Shown here: piece after piece, positions 26,279 to 35,338 of the stretch | Layout: the number at the start of each line of letters is the position of its first letter | Position numbering within the stretch: position 1 is the first letter of the stretch | Assembly: GCA_947084945.1 (NCBI GenBank) | Contig: CAMTUP010000009.1 | Location: forward strand, 334,963 to 398,962 | Direction of reading: 5' to 3' | DNA from: an uncultured Ignavibacteria bacterium | GTDB taxonomy: Bacteria; Bacteroidota; Ignavibacteria; Tepidaquicellales; OLB5 | Length of the DNA stretch: 64,000 bases | Made by a program: the position numbers and the translations under genes | Notes under the pieces: model-generated | Seen by the model: the letters and a program-made list of their open reading frames with translations, nothing else | What the model was told of the DNA's origin: nothing | Databases searched by the model: none

Positions 26279-28337
26279 GTTTTTTAATAGAGAGTTAAGC
26301 TGGCTATCATTCAACCACAGGGTTCTGCAGGAATCCAAAGATCCTGACACACCGCTGTATGAAAAAATTAAATTCCTATCAATTTTCTCTTCAAATTTGG
26401 ATGAGTTTTTTCGTGTTCGTGTAGCTTCTTTAAGAGCACTGCTTGACCTGAAAAAGAAGACACAAAAAGAATTAAAATTTGATGTTGAAAAGCTGATAGG
26501 AAAACTGCAAAAGACCGTTGTAAAAATGCAGGAAGAATATGGCAGCACTTATTTCAATATCATAAAACCCGAACTTGAAAAAAATAATATTTTTCTGGTA
26601 GATCACACACAACTAAACTCATTGCAAAAGGAATTCGTATCCGAGCTTTTCAATACTCAGATAGTACCGCACATTATGCCAATGATCATTGTTAAAAAGA
26701 AGATTACACCTTTTCTTCGTAATCAAAGGCTGTATCTTGCAGTTAAGTTAACAGCAAAACATACATCAAATACTGCTAAAGTATTAAAAAATAAAAGGTA
26801 TGTTTATGCCATTGTTGAAGTACCCACTAATCATATAAACAGATTTATACTTCTTCCTAAAATTGGAAACAATAATTACATTATTTTTCTTGATGATGTT
26901 TTAAGGTTTTTCCTTCCTCAGATATTTTACGGTTACAATATTCACCAATCTTTTTCCATAAAACTAACTCGGGATGCCGAGCTATACATTGAAGATGAAT
27001 TTTCAGGAAATCTATTAGATAAAATTAAAAAAAGCCTTGCAAAGCGTTCTAGCGGCGCTCCTTCAAGATTTTTATATGATAAGGCTATGCCTGTTACTTT
27101 TCTGAATTATTTAAAAGAATCATTATTGCTTTCAGAAGAAGACCTTTACCCTGGAAGTAAATACCATAACTTCAGCGATTTTTTCAATTTCCCAAATCCA
27201 GGTTTCAAACAGCTTTATTACCCTGATTTAAAACCAATCAAATCAAAAGAGCTTGATGAACTTAGTAATATTTTCGAATCGGTTTCTGTAAAAGATTACC
27301 TTCTTTACTATCCATATCAATCATACGATTATGTTATTAATGCTATAAAGCAAGCTTCAAAAGATCCGAAAGTAAAATCAATTAAGATCACTCAATATAG
27401 AGTTGCAAAAGATTCAAAGATTGTTAATGCGTTGATAAAAGCTGCTCACAGAGGAAAAGAAGTTATAGCTTTTGTGGAAGTTAAAGCACGTTTTGATGAA
27501 GAAATAAACATCAAAAGTGCTGAAGAAATGCAAAAAGCCGGAGTTAAAGTACTATACAGTCTGCCCGGTCTGAAAGTTCATGCTAAAATTGCCTTAATTA
27601 CCAGAAAAGAAGGAAGTGAACTAAAAAATTATGCATATCTTTCAACCGGAAACTTTAATGAAAAAACAGCAAGATTATATACAGATTACGGTTTTTTTAC
27701 TTCTAATCCTGATTTAACTTTTGAAGTTGAAAGAGTTTTTGAATATCTGGAAGGAAAAGATCCCGGTTATACATTTAAACATTTGCTTGTTGCCCAATAT
27801 GGTATGAGACAGGGTTTTATTACAATGATTGAAAACGAAATTGCCAATGCCAATAAAGGTTTATATGCTGCAATAACCTGTAAACTAAACAGCCTAGAGG
27901 ATGAACGTATTATAAAAAAACTTTATGAAGCAAGCAAAGCCGGGGTTAAGATAAATATGATAGTTCGCGGTATATGCTGTTTGATTCCGGGTATAATAGG
28001 TATGAGTGAAAATATCAGCGTGATAAGTATTGTTGACAGGTTTTTAGAACATGACAGGGTTTATATTTTTAATAATGGCGGTAATGAGAAAATATACCTT
28101 TCAAGTGCAGACTGGATGAAACGAAACCTAAGCCGAAGAATTGAAGTGGCATTTCCTGTTTACGAACCAATACTGAAAAAATTAATAAAAGATATTATTG
28201 ATATAAAGTTTAGTGATAATGTTAAAGCCAGAATAATAGATGAAAAACAGACTAACCAATTTAAACGCAACGGTGAAGAAATCTTGCATAGATCGCAATA
28301 TGAAATTTATGATTTTTTGAAACATATTAAATCTTAA
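26268..28337 (+). CDS. ppk1: Polyphosphate kinase 1
   Basis: N-terminal FFNRELSWLSFNHRVLQE and two PLD-like domains (KVHAKIALI..., FLEHDRVYIF). The start at ATG 26268 overlaps the upstream gene by 11 nt. Confidence 0.9.
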   Translation: MEYKFFNRELSWLSFNHRVLQESKDPDTPLYEKIKFLSIFSSNLDEFFRVRVASLRALLDLKKKTQKELKFDVEKLIGKLQKTVVKMQEEYGSTYFNIIKPELEKNNIFLVDHTQLNSLQKEFVSELFNTQIVPHIMPMIIVKKKITPFLRNQRLYLAVKLTAKHTSNTAKVLKNKRYVYAIVEVPTNHINRFILLPKIGNNNYIIFLDDVLRFFLPQIFYGYNIHQSFSIKLTRDAELYIEDEFSGNLLDKIKKSLAKRSSGAPSRFLYDKAMPVTFLNYLKESLLLSEEDLYPGSKYHNFSDFFNFPNPGFKQLYYPDLKPIKSKELDELSNIFESVSVKDYLLYYPYQSYDYVINAIKQASKDPKVKSIKITQYRVAKDSKIVNALIKAAHRGKEVIAFVEVKARFDEEINIKSAEEMQKAGVKVLYSLPGLKVHAKIALITRKEGSELKNYAYLSTGNFNEKTARLYTDYGFFTSNPDLTFEVERVFEYLEGKDPGYTFKHLLVAQYGMRQGFITMIENEIANANKGLYAAITCKLNSLEDERIIKKLYEASKAGVKINMIVRGICCLIPGIIGMSENISVISIVDRFLEHDRVYIFNNGGNEKIYLSSADWMKRNLSRRIEVAFPVYEPILKKLIKDIIDIKFSDNVKARIIDEKQTNQFKRNGEEILHRSQYEIYDFLKHIKS

Positions 28338-28551
28338 ATATATAAATTTTTCCTTTTCCAATTTCTCTCCTTTTTAGTTTAATAATTTCATATTCATAGT
28401 TAAGTGATAGCTTTTTGATGCAGCACTTGACGGTGATTCATCAACATTTGTCCTAAAATACCTTTTTGATTACTTAACTACAGGGGAACAAAGCAAAATT
28501 ACCCAAGTATAATATTTAAAGCCGGTGAAATAATGGCTTAAGGAGGATAAA

Positions 28552-29343
28552 ATGTACGACTCTATAACACTCATTAACAATGATAAGTACGGTGCGCCTG
28601 AACTTAATAAACTTCAGCAGGGCTATACGTTAAAAGGGTTCCTTGTAGCAATTACTATTCACATAGCATTAATTGCAGCGTACATGCTTGTGGCTTATAT
28701 AAACCAATCCAAGGCTAAGGATATACCATTTAACCCAAGGACTCCGATCATATTATCTGATTTTGACCTCACTCCTCCAAAAATTGATGATAATGAGATA
28801 CCGCCTGTTAAACCGAATGAGATCACACAGAATATCAAGGACCTGGCTTCACTTTTGCCGCAGCCTGTAAGGAAACAGGATGCTGATGATGTTGTTTTAA
28901 AAACACAGAATGAACTTAATAATACTAATTCAAATACTTCAAGAGTTGGCGATACGATAGTTTTTGCAAATATCAAAAATATTAAAATAGATGACCAAAA
29001 AATAGATGGCAGAACAGTAGATATTTTTAAAGATACTACAAAAGATTTTTATAATTTAAGTGATGTTGATGTTGTTCCTGAATGCATTAATTTATCGCAG
29101 GTAAGTTCTGAAATGAAATATCCTGATCTTGCACGGGAAACAAATATAGAAGGAAAAGTTACAGTAAAGGTATTAGTTGGAGCTGATGGCAATGTATTAA
29201 AAATTGGTTCATTAACCGGACCCGAAGTATTTCATGATGAAACAAAAAATAAAGTAAAAGGGCTTCTGTTCACACCCGGCATTCAAAAAAATAAACCTGT
29301 AAAAGTATGGGTCTATGTTCCATTTAATTTTAAACTAAACTAG
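28552..29343 (+). CDS. TonB-family energy transducer (C-terminal TonB domain)
   Basis: N-terminal membrane anchor, a Pro-rich spacer (TPPKIDDNEIPPVKPNE) and a C-terminal YPDLARETNIEGKVTVKVLVGADGNV. A strong SD (AAGGAGG) lies upstream. Confidence 0.75.
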   Translation: MYDSITLINNDKYGAPELNKLQQGYTLKGFLVAITIHIALIAAYMLVAYINQSKAKDIPFNPRTPIILSDFDLTPPKIDDNEIPPVKPNEITQNIKDLASLLPQPVRKQDADDVVLKTQNELNNTNSNTSRVGDTIVFANIKNIKIDDQKIDGRTVDIFKDTTKDFYNLSDVDVVPECINLSQVSSEMKYPDLARETNIEGKVTVKVLVGADGNVLKIGSLTGPEVFHDETKNKVKGLLFTPGIQKNKPVKVWVYVPFNFKLN

Positions 29344-29390
29344 AAAATAATAATTTCATAATTAACTCATGTAACGCATTCCCACACCTA

Positions 29391-29813
29391 TCACTCGAAG
29401 TTAGAATCTAATGTTTCACTAAATGCCTCTTTGATCTGATCTCGTACTTTTTTATAAACATTTAATATATCCTCATAAGAACCAGTTGCATTTGCCGGGT
29501 CTTCAAAGCCAATGTGCATCCTGTTTTTAACTTTTCCTGTAAATACCGGGCAGATTTCTTTAGCATTATCGCAGACGGTTATTACATAATCAAAATCAAT
29601 ATCAGTAAACTCATTCACATTTTTAGGATATTGACTGCTAATATCTAACCCAATTTCTTTCATTACTTCTACAGCAAAAGGATTTATATGCACCTCAGGC
29701 CTTGTTCCTGCTGAGGAAACCTCAATTTCACTGTTTAAACTGCGTATTATTCCTTCTGCCATTTGACTGCGGCATGAATTTCCAGTACATAAAACCAGCA
29801 TTTTAACTTTCAT
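29391..29813 (-). CDS. arsC: Arsenate reductase, thioredoxin-coupled LMW-PTP type
   Basis: P-loop CTGNSCRS plus the downstream Cys pair in VCDNAKEICP, which aligns with B. subtilis-type ArsC. Confidence 0.85.
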   Translation of the reverse strand: MKVKMLVLCTGNSCRSQMAEGIIRSLNSEIEVSSAGTRPEVHINPFAVEVMKEIGLDISSQYPKNVNEFTDIDFDYVITVCDNAKEICPVFTGKVKNRMHIGFEDPANATGSYEDILNVYKKVRDQIKEAFSETLDSNFE

Positions 29814-29897
29814 TTTTCCTAAATTTTATTGAAATTAAATATCTTAAGTAATTGTTATTATTGCAAACCATGTTTTTATGACAAACTATAGAAATTA

Positions 29898-30839
29898 ATG
29901 ACAAAAATATTTAATATTATATTATTCATAATTATGGCAATCTTGCTGGGCTGCGGACTTAAAACCCAAAATTCTTCTAAAACACAAGCCGATATTACTG
30001 ATTCTTCCGTTATTCGCAAAGATGTAAAGAATGATCTATCTGAAATTGAAGAAATATATACTAATTATAATTACCAGATAGTTATTGATGAACAATCCAA
30101 AATTATCCCTGAAGGTATGTCTATCACAAAGTTCAGATATTTCGTTATATTCTCTGATATGAATGTTGAACTTACCTATAGATTAATTGATACTGATATT
30201 CGGAATACAATTGATGCTATGTCCAATAATTATGTGAACAAATTACCTGATATAATTACCCCAATTTATATTTTCGCTAAATTTGATGATTATAAAGAAT
30301 TTGTATTGAAAAATTATGATATTGCTGAAAACGATTTATCACCTTACGGATTTTATAAAATTTCAAAAAATGTAATAGTAATAAGATATGTAAGCTGGAA
30401 AGGCAGTATTCTTCATGAAATTACACATCGCTTTTTAAGAAGTGATTTCCCAAATGCACCATCTTGGTTTGATGAAGGTTTAGCATCTTTGAATGAAAAA
30501 TCAACTTATAAAAATGGAAATTTAATTGGTGATTTCAGCTTTAGAATACTTCCTTTAAGGCGGGCATTAACTGATGGTAAATATACCGGGTTAAAGAAAT
30601 TAATGGAAACAAATGATGAAGAATTATATGGTCAAAGAAGCTCTTACTACTATGCCCAAGCAAGATACTTATTAATGTATCTTCAGGAAAAAGAGTTACT
30701 AAATAAATATTACACGCTTTTTAGAGATACACAAGATAATGATAACAGCGGAATTTCACAACTAATTGATATAACCGGAAACTCAATTGAAAAACTTGAC
30801 GAAGAATATCTTGCTTACATAAAAAGTTTTAAACAATAA
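29898..30839 (+). CDS. Lipoprotein with an HExxH metallopeptidase-like motif (DUF1570-like), paralogue A
   Basis: Lipobox ILLGC, HEITHRFLRSDFPNAPSWFDEGLASL and YAQARYLLMYLQE. Clear paralogue of 37923..38828. Confidence 0.6.
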   Translation: MTKIFNIILFIIMAILLGCGLKTQNSSKTQADITDSSVIRKDVKNDLSEIEEIYTNYNYQIVIDEQSKIIPEGMSITKFRYFVIFSDMNVELTYRLIDTDIRNTIDAMSNNYVNKLPDIITPIYIFAKFDDYKEFVLKNYDIAENDLSPYGFYKISKNVIVIRYVSWKGSILHEITHRFLRSDFPNAPSWFDEGLASLNEKSTYKNGNLIGDFSFRILPLRRALTDGKYTGLKKLMETNDEELYGQRSSYYYAQARYLLMYLQEKELLNKYYTLFRDTQDNDNSGISQLIDITGNSIEKLDEEYLAYIKSFKQ

Positions 30840-30843
30840 CTAT

Positions 30844-32205
30844 TTACCCTGTAATTTCATCCGCAGCTTCTTCACCTGTTATAATTGCACCTTCCATAAA
30901 ACCCTGCCAATCCGCCAGATGCTCTCCTGCAAAATAAGTACTCATAAATTTCTTTTTTAATATTGGCATAACCGTAAACCATTGCCCTACCCCGTATAAT
31001 GCATATGCTCCTTTGGTATATTCATCAATACCCCAATAATAATTTACCTGAGAAACTATTTTATCCTTTACATTTCCAAATGCTGACTTAAGGGAATCAT
31101 TTATCATGTTTGATTTAAATTCTTCATTTTGTCTGCTAACAACATCAGCCTTATCGCCAATTGTATATGATATTAATGCACCTTTACTTCCCTTTTGGTT
31201 TTTTGTCGCATGATAGAAATAATGTCCATAAACATCTGTAACCATATCAAAATCCTCATCCTTCCAGAACCTTTCGTTAAACAATACTACATGTTTGCAA
31301 ATTCTTGCATACTGAAGTTCATTTAAAGCATTAATTTTTTCTTCCGGCAGCCCCGGTTTCCAGTTTATTTTCAATAATGAATATGTAGGGGCAGTGCAGA
31401 TTAAATCATCACCCGAAAACACCAAACCGTTATCACATAACACATCAACTTTTCCGTCAGCCTGATTAACTTCTGTTACTTTATGCTTTAATTTTATATT
31501 TTCATTACCAATCTTTTCAGCAAGTTTTTTAGAAAAAAGACCATTACCACCTTTGATTTTATAATCCATTTCATTTTTTTCACTTGATTCAGCATATTCA
31601 GCTATTGCTGCATATGCTGAAACATGCCTGATACATTCACCAAAATCAGTACTATCAATCAGATCCCTTAATTGCAAGTCTCTTTCGCTAATACCATTAT
31701 TTACAAGATATCTCCACCAGTCCATTTTGTCAAGCTTTTTCTTATCTTCTTCACGAAAATTGGCATAATCTTTAATTATTTTTTCAAATTTTGCCTTCCA
31801 TTCTGTTGAATAATCCCACTTGCTTTTCGGAAAGTACTCACCTGCATATGTTAAATGAGAATCAAACTGATTATTCATCAATTCAAGATCGAACTCTTTA
31901 CACATCGCTATCATTCGATCATGTGATGCACCTACCCATTCTGCTCCAAGCTCAACAACAAGGTTTTCATCTTTATCTATCGTGTGTGAAAACACCCTCC
32001 CGCCAACTCGGTTTCTGCTTTCAAGCAATGTAACTTCACATCCTTTTTGCTTTAGTCTGTAAGCGGCAGCAAGTCCGGCAAATCCCGCACCAATAATAAT
32101 AATTTTAGGTTTAATACCTGCATTAATGTTAAATGAAGCAGGCATAATCATCGCACCTGTTGCTATAATTGCTGATGATTTAAGAAAATCTCTTCTTGTA
32201 CTCAT
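30844..32205 (-). CDS. Tat-exported flavin-dependent amine oxidase
   Basis: Twin-arginine signal MSTRRDFLKSSAIIATGA, dinucleotide fold IIIIGAGFAGLAAAYRL...LLESRNRVGGRV, C-terminal FAGEH motif. Confidence 0.85.
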   Translation of the reverse strand: MSTRRDFLKSSAIIATGAMIMPASFNINAGIKPKIIIIGAGFAGLAAAYRLKQKGCEVTLLESRNRVGGRVFSHTIDKDENLVVELGAEWVGASHDRMIAMCKEFDLELMNNQFDSHLTYAGEYFPKSKWDYSTEWKAKFEKIIKDYANFREEDKKKLDKMDWWRYLVNNGISERDLQLRDLIDSTDFGECIRHVSAYAAIAEYAESSEKNEMDYKIKGGNGLFSKKLAEKIGNENIKLKHKVTEVNQADGKVDVLCDNGLVFSGDDLICTAPTYSLLKINWKPGLPEEKINALNELQYARICKHVVLFNERFWKDEDFDMVTDVYGHYFYHATKNQKGSKGALISYTIGDKADVVSRQNEEFKSNMINDSLKSAFGNVKDKIVSQVNYYWGIDEYTKGAYALYGVGQWFTVMPILKKKFMSTYFAGEHLADWQGFMEGAIITGEEAADEITG

Positions 32206-32216
32206 AATATTTTAAA

Positions 32217-33320
32217 TTAAATAGCTTTACCAACAAAGTAAATTGTTATAACGATATATGAAATTGCAAATACGAAAAAGCTGATTCGGTCAAGCTTTTG
32301 CGATTCCTTTTCTTTTCCGGTCTTTATAAAATGTAGTGATATAGTGGAAATAAGAATACACAAAAAAATATAAATGAATGATATATCATGCAAAATATCC
32401 ACAAGTGTTATACTTGCATTTTGAGGTAATGTTGAAGCTATGACATACTGACTTGCTATGGCTGCAAATATAGCCCCTACAGAAAGCCCAAACCTTGGGT
32501 CTAGATCAAGCGGGTTTATAAAAAATGTTAACATAGAAATTAATACCGAAATGAACAATCCTATAAATAATTTAAAAAATAACCCCTTACCTTCCCTTTC
32601 AAGTGTAAAATGAATAGTTGCTCTAGAATATACTGAATATTCATTTAGCGGAATATCAGGATCACCATAATTAGTTTCATAAGTATGATCATCAATTTTT
32701 ATTCCAAAATCCTTTATTTTCCATCCTTCAACATGAACCTGTTTATCAATTTTGCTAGCTATTGTATCTGCTACAAATACTAATTCTGAATTATCTTTAT
32801 CAAAATCTTCTATAATAATTTCTATCACCTGTTCATCAAACGGAAAATCTCCAACGATCCAATCCTGATTTATTTTTGTATTTATCCTAACAGAATGATA
32901 TGAAATATCTCCTCTTTTTTCATTCATTTCATATGACTTCGCAAAATCTGTTGAGTTTATGACTTCCAGATTATTAAGCAGGTCTAAACTGTCTTTTTTA
33001 GCATTATACCATAGGTAAAAAATTGCGTTAATTTTATTACCTGGAAAGTTAAGATCGTATAAAGAGAATATATATGCTCCTATCTTAACTGTATCAGCCT
33101 GTCCCTTTTTTTCTTCTGCAACATTTACTTTTTTAGTACTGTCTTTTTTAATATTTGTATCAACACTCTTTTTTTGAGTAATTTCTTTTTTATCTTTAAA
33201 ATCCGTCTTCTGAATATCATCTGATTTATTCTGCCAAAAGGCACCTGATGCAATAATTAAAAAAATTGCAAAAGGAATTAAACTGAAAATAATCCTTTTT
33301 CTTGAATGCTCTTTTTTCAT
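32217..33320 (-). CDS. Prokaryotic pentameric ligand-gated ion channel (Cys-loop receptor superfamily) homologue
   Basis: Signal anchor and a Lys-rich linker, then a beta-rich ectodomain with Cys-loop-equivalent FPFDEQ. Pre-M1 is TLEREG and four TM helices follow. The M2-M3 region RFGLSVGAIFAAIASQYVIASTLPQNASITLVDI matches the canonical ...LP..SY...D pattern, and the M3-M4 loop is short. Confidence 0.65.
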   Translation of the reverse strand: MKKEHSRKRIIFSLIPFAIFLIIASGAFWQNKSDDIQKTDFKDKKEITQKKSVDTNIKKDSTKKVNVAEEKKGQADTVKIGAYIFSLYDLNFPGNKINAIFYLWYNAKKDSLDLLNNLEVINSTDFAKSYEMNEKRGDISYHSVRINTKINQDWIVGDFPFDEQVIEIIIEDFDKDNSELVFVADTIASKIDKQVHVEGWKIKDFGIKIDDHTYETNYGDPDIPLNEYSVYSRATIHFTLEREGKGLFFKLFIGLFISVLISMLTFFINPLDLDPRFGLSVGAIFAAIASQYVIASTLPQNASITLVDILHDISFIYIFLCILISTISLHFIKTGKEKESQKLDRISFFVFAISYIVITIYFVGKAI

Positions 33321-33346
33321 GCTATATTACAGTAATATTGAAAAAT

Positions 33347-33652
33347 TTATTCTTTTAACTTTACAGCTAGTGTTTAGACCTCAGAAACAAGCCTGTTAAT
33401 TCTTTTTAAAAATTTCGTTTGTAATCTCACCATCTGCTTCTTTATATTTTCTGCCAGTATTCGGAATTTCTCATTTTTTAGGCTCTTTAGTGCCTTATAA
33501 CTGAAAATTGGGAGGTTTAACTTTTTGATATCAGCCATATATGTTTCAGCACCAAGTTCCTTCAACTTTGATGCAAAATATTTTAATATAGCTAAAGTGG
33601 AAGAATTATCTTCCATGCTTCCGCCTTAACAAACAATCTTTTTTTTATTCAT
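33347..33652 (-). pseudogene. Decayed, internally deleted copy of the NADPH-dependent FMN reductase gene at 51404..51973
   Basis: It aligns with 51404..51973 at DNA level (about 80% by eye). It has a TAA replacing Leu at codon 9 (33626-33628), a 1-nt deletion at the KEADG region, loss of roughly 110 central codons and a second nonsense at 33374-33376. Confidence 0.85.
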
Positions 33653-33657
33653 TGGAT

Positions 33658-33701
33658 TTTTCAATTATAATGAACGAAATATTAAGAAATTAGTCAATCA
33701 G
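33658..33701 (-). promoter_or_regulatory. 44-nt upstream element, 100% identical to 51979..52022 (contains TTGACT and TATAAT hexamers)
   Basis: Sense strand reads ctgattgactaatttcttaatatttcgttcattataattgaaaa. It ends 5 nt before the (pseudo)gene ATG. Confidence 0.6.
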
Positions 33702-34184
33702 AAAATAGTTTTGAGTATTTTTTAGCAGCTGAATTCAGTGATTCAAGTCGTAAGAGGTTATCTTAAAAGATTATTTGCTATGAGCTTTAGTGAACTATCC
33801 TATCACACATGATAATATATTCATAGGTAAAGCAAAGCAGGATAACATTATTTATAAATAACTGAACTAAAAAGCGAATAGGAAATATGTGGATTTAAGT
33901 TATACTTATCGGAAATGAAATCAATAAAAGGCTACGGCTATGGAAGATTTCGGAAAAATAAAAAAAAATATAATAATGGTAAGCTTTATAATGACTTTAA
34001 ATTTAATGTTGAAAACTTTGTTTATAAGGAAGTTACCAAATTATTGTAGTGTACTTAGGCACACAAAGTAATACTAATTTATTAATTGATATGAGTTTGT
34101 TTTTTGAGTATTTTTGAAGTTTAATCAAAAAATTTACCATAATTTTACATTCCTTTAATCGCACAGGAATTTCAAAGGCAAAAA

Positions 34185-35249
34185 ATGTCAGGCAGAATAC
34201 AAAAAATAAAGGCAATATTAACAGAATTAAATCTCGATGCTTTCTATGTAACGCACATACCCAATATAAGTTATTTAAGCGGGTTTTTAGGTTCAACAGC
34301 ATATTTGATCATATCTAAAAATAAGAATTACTTTTTTACTGACTTCAGGTATAAAGAGCAGTCAAAAGAACAAGTGAGAGATTGTGAAATAATTGTTAAT
34401 TTTTCACCAATTGAAAAAATAAAGGAAGTATGTAATTCAGAAGGATTTAAAAATATAGGGTTTGAATCAACGCATGTAACTATCCACCAGCTTGATACAT
34501 TAAAGGAAAAACTACCGGGAGTAAATTTCATTGCAGTTTCAGAAAGAATTGAAAAGCTGACTATGATTAAAACACCTGATGAAATTGAAAAAATCAAGAA
34601 AGCATGCGATATAACAGATAAGGTATTCACAAAATTACTTGAAATAATAAAACCCGGTATGAAAGAAAAAGAAGTCTCAGCGGAAATTTCTTACTGGCAT
34701 AAAATATATGGTGCTGATAAAGATTCCTTTGACCCGATTGTTGCAAGCGGTTGGCGCGGAGCATTGCCGCATGGCATGGCTAGCGATAAGGTAATTAATT
34801 CAGGTGAAATGGTTACACTGGATTTTGGATGCAGATATGATGGTTTCTGCTCCGATTTGACGAGAACAATTTCTGTTGGTAAGCCAAGTGTAGAAATGAA
34901 AAAAATATATGAGAAAGTATTGGAAGCACAAATGCTTGCAATTACTGCTGCAAAAGAAGGCATCTCAACAAAAGAGCTTGATACAATATCTCGTGATTTT
35001 ATAAACTCAAGTGGTTATGAAGGAAAGTTTGGGCATGGATTGGGGCACGGACTTGGAATTGAAGTCCATGAAATGCCAAGCGTAAGCCAGAGAATTGATA
35101 TAGCAATTCCTGCAAATGTTGTTGTTACAATTGAGCCCGGTATTTATATTGAAGGTTTGGGTGGAGTTAGGATTGAAGATGATATAGTTTTAAAATCAGG
35201 CGGATGTGATATTCTGAATTATTCATCAAAAGAACTTATAATCATTTAA
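34185..35249 (+). CDS. pepP: Xaa-Pro aminopeptidase / M24 family peptidase
   Basis: Metal-ligand motifs DFGCRYDGFCSD, HGLGHGLGIEVHE and EPGIY...GGVRIED. Confidence 0.9.
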   Translation: MSGRIQKIKAILTELNLDAFYVTHIPNISYLSGFLGSTAYLIISKNKNYFFTDFRYKEQSKEQVRDCEIIVNFSPIEKIKEVCNSEGFKNIGFESTHVTIHQLDTLKEKLPGVNFIAVSERIEKLTMIKTPDEIEKIKKACDITDKVFTKLLEIIKPGMKEKEVSAEISYWHKIYGADKDSFDPIVASGWRGALPHGMASDKVINSGEMVTLDFGCRYDGFCSDLTRTISVGKPSVEMKKIYEKVLEAQMLAITAAKEGISTKELDTISRDFINSSGYEGKFGHGLGHGLGIEVHEMPSVSQRIDIAIPANVVVTIEPGIYIEGLGGVRIEDDIVLKSGGCDILNYSSKELIII

Positions 35250-35338
35250 CCGCCAAGACCGCAGAGAACGCCAAGTATGAAACTATATTAAACTGAGTTT
35301 TTTTTGCAATTAGAGGTTAAAAATAGAAAATTTAATAA

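Noticed and set aside
33915-34049. 44-codon ORF MKSIKGYGYGRFRKNKKKYNNGKLYNDFKFNVENFVYKEVTKLL upstream of pepP.
   Set aside because: Its Lys/Asn/Tyr/Phe-rich composition is what AT-rich non-coding DNA yields. It has no SD and no recognisable motif, so it is not supportable as a gene without conservation data.
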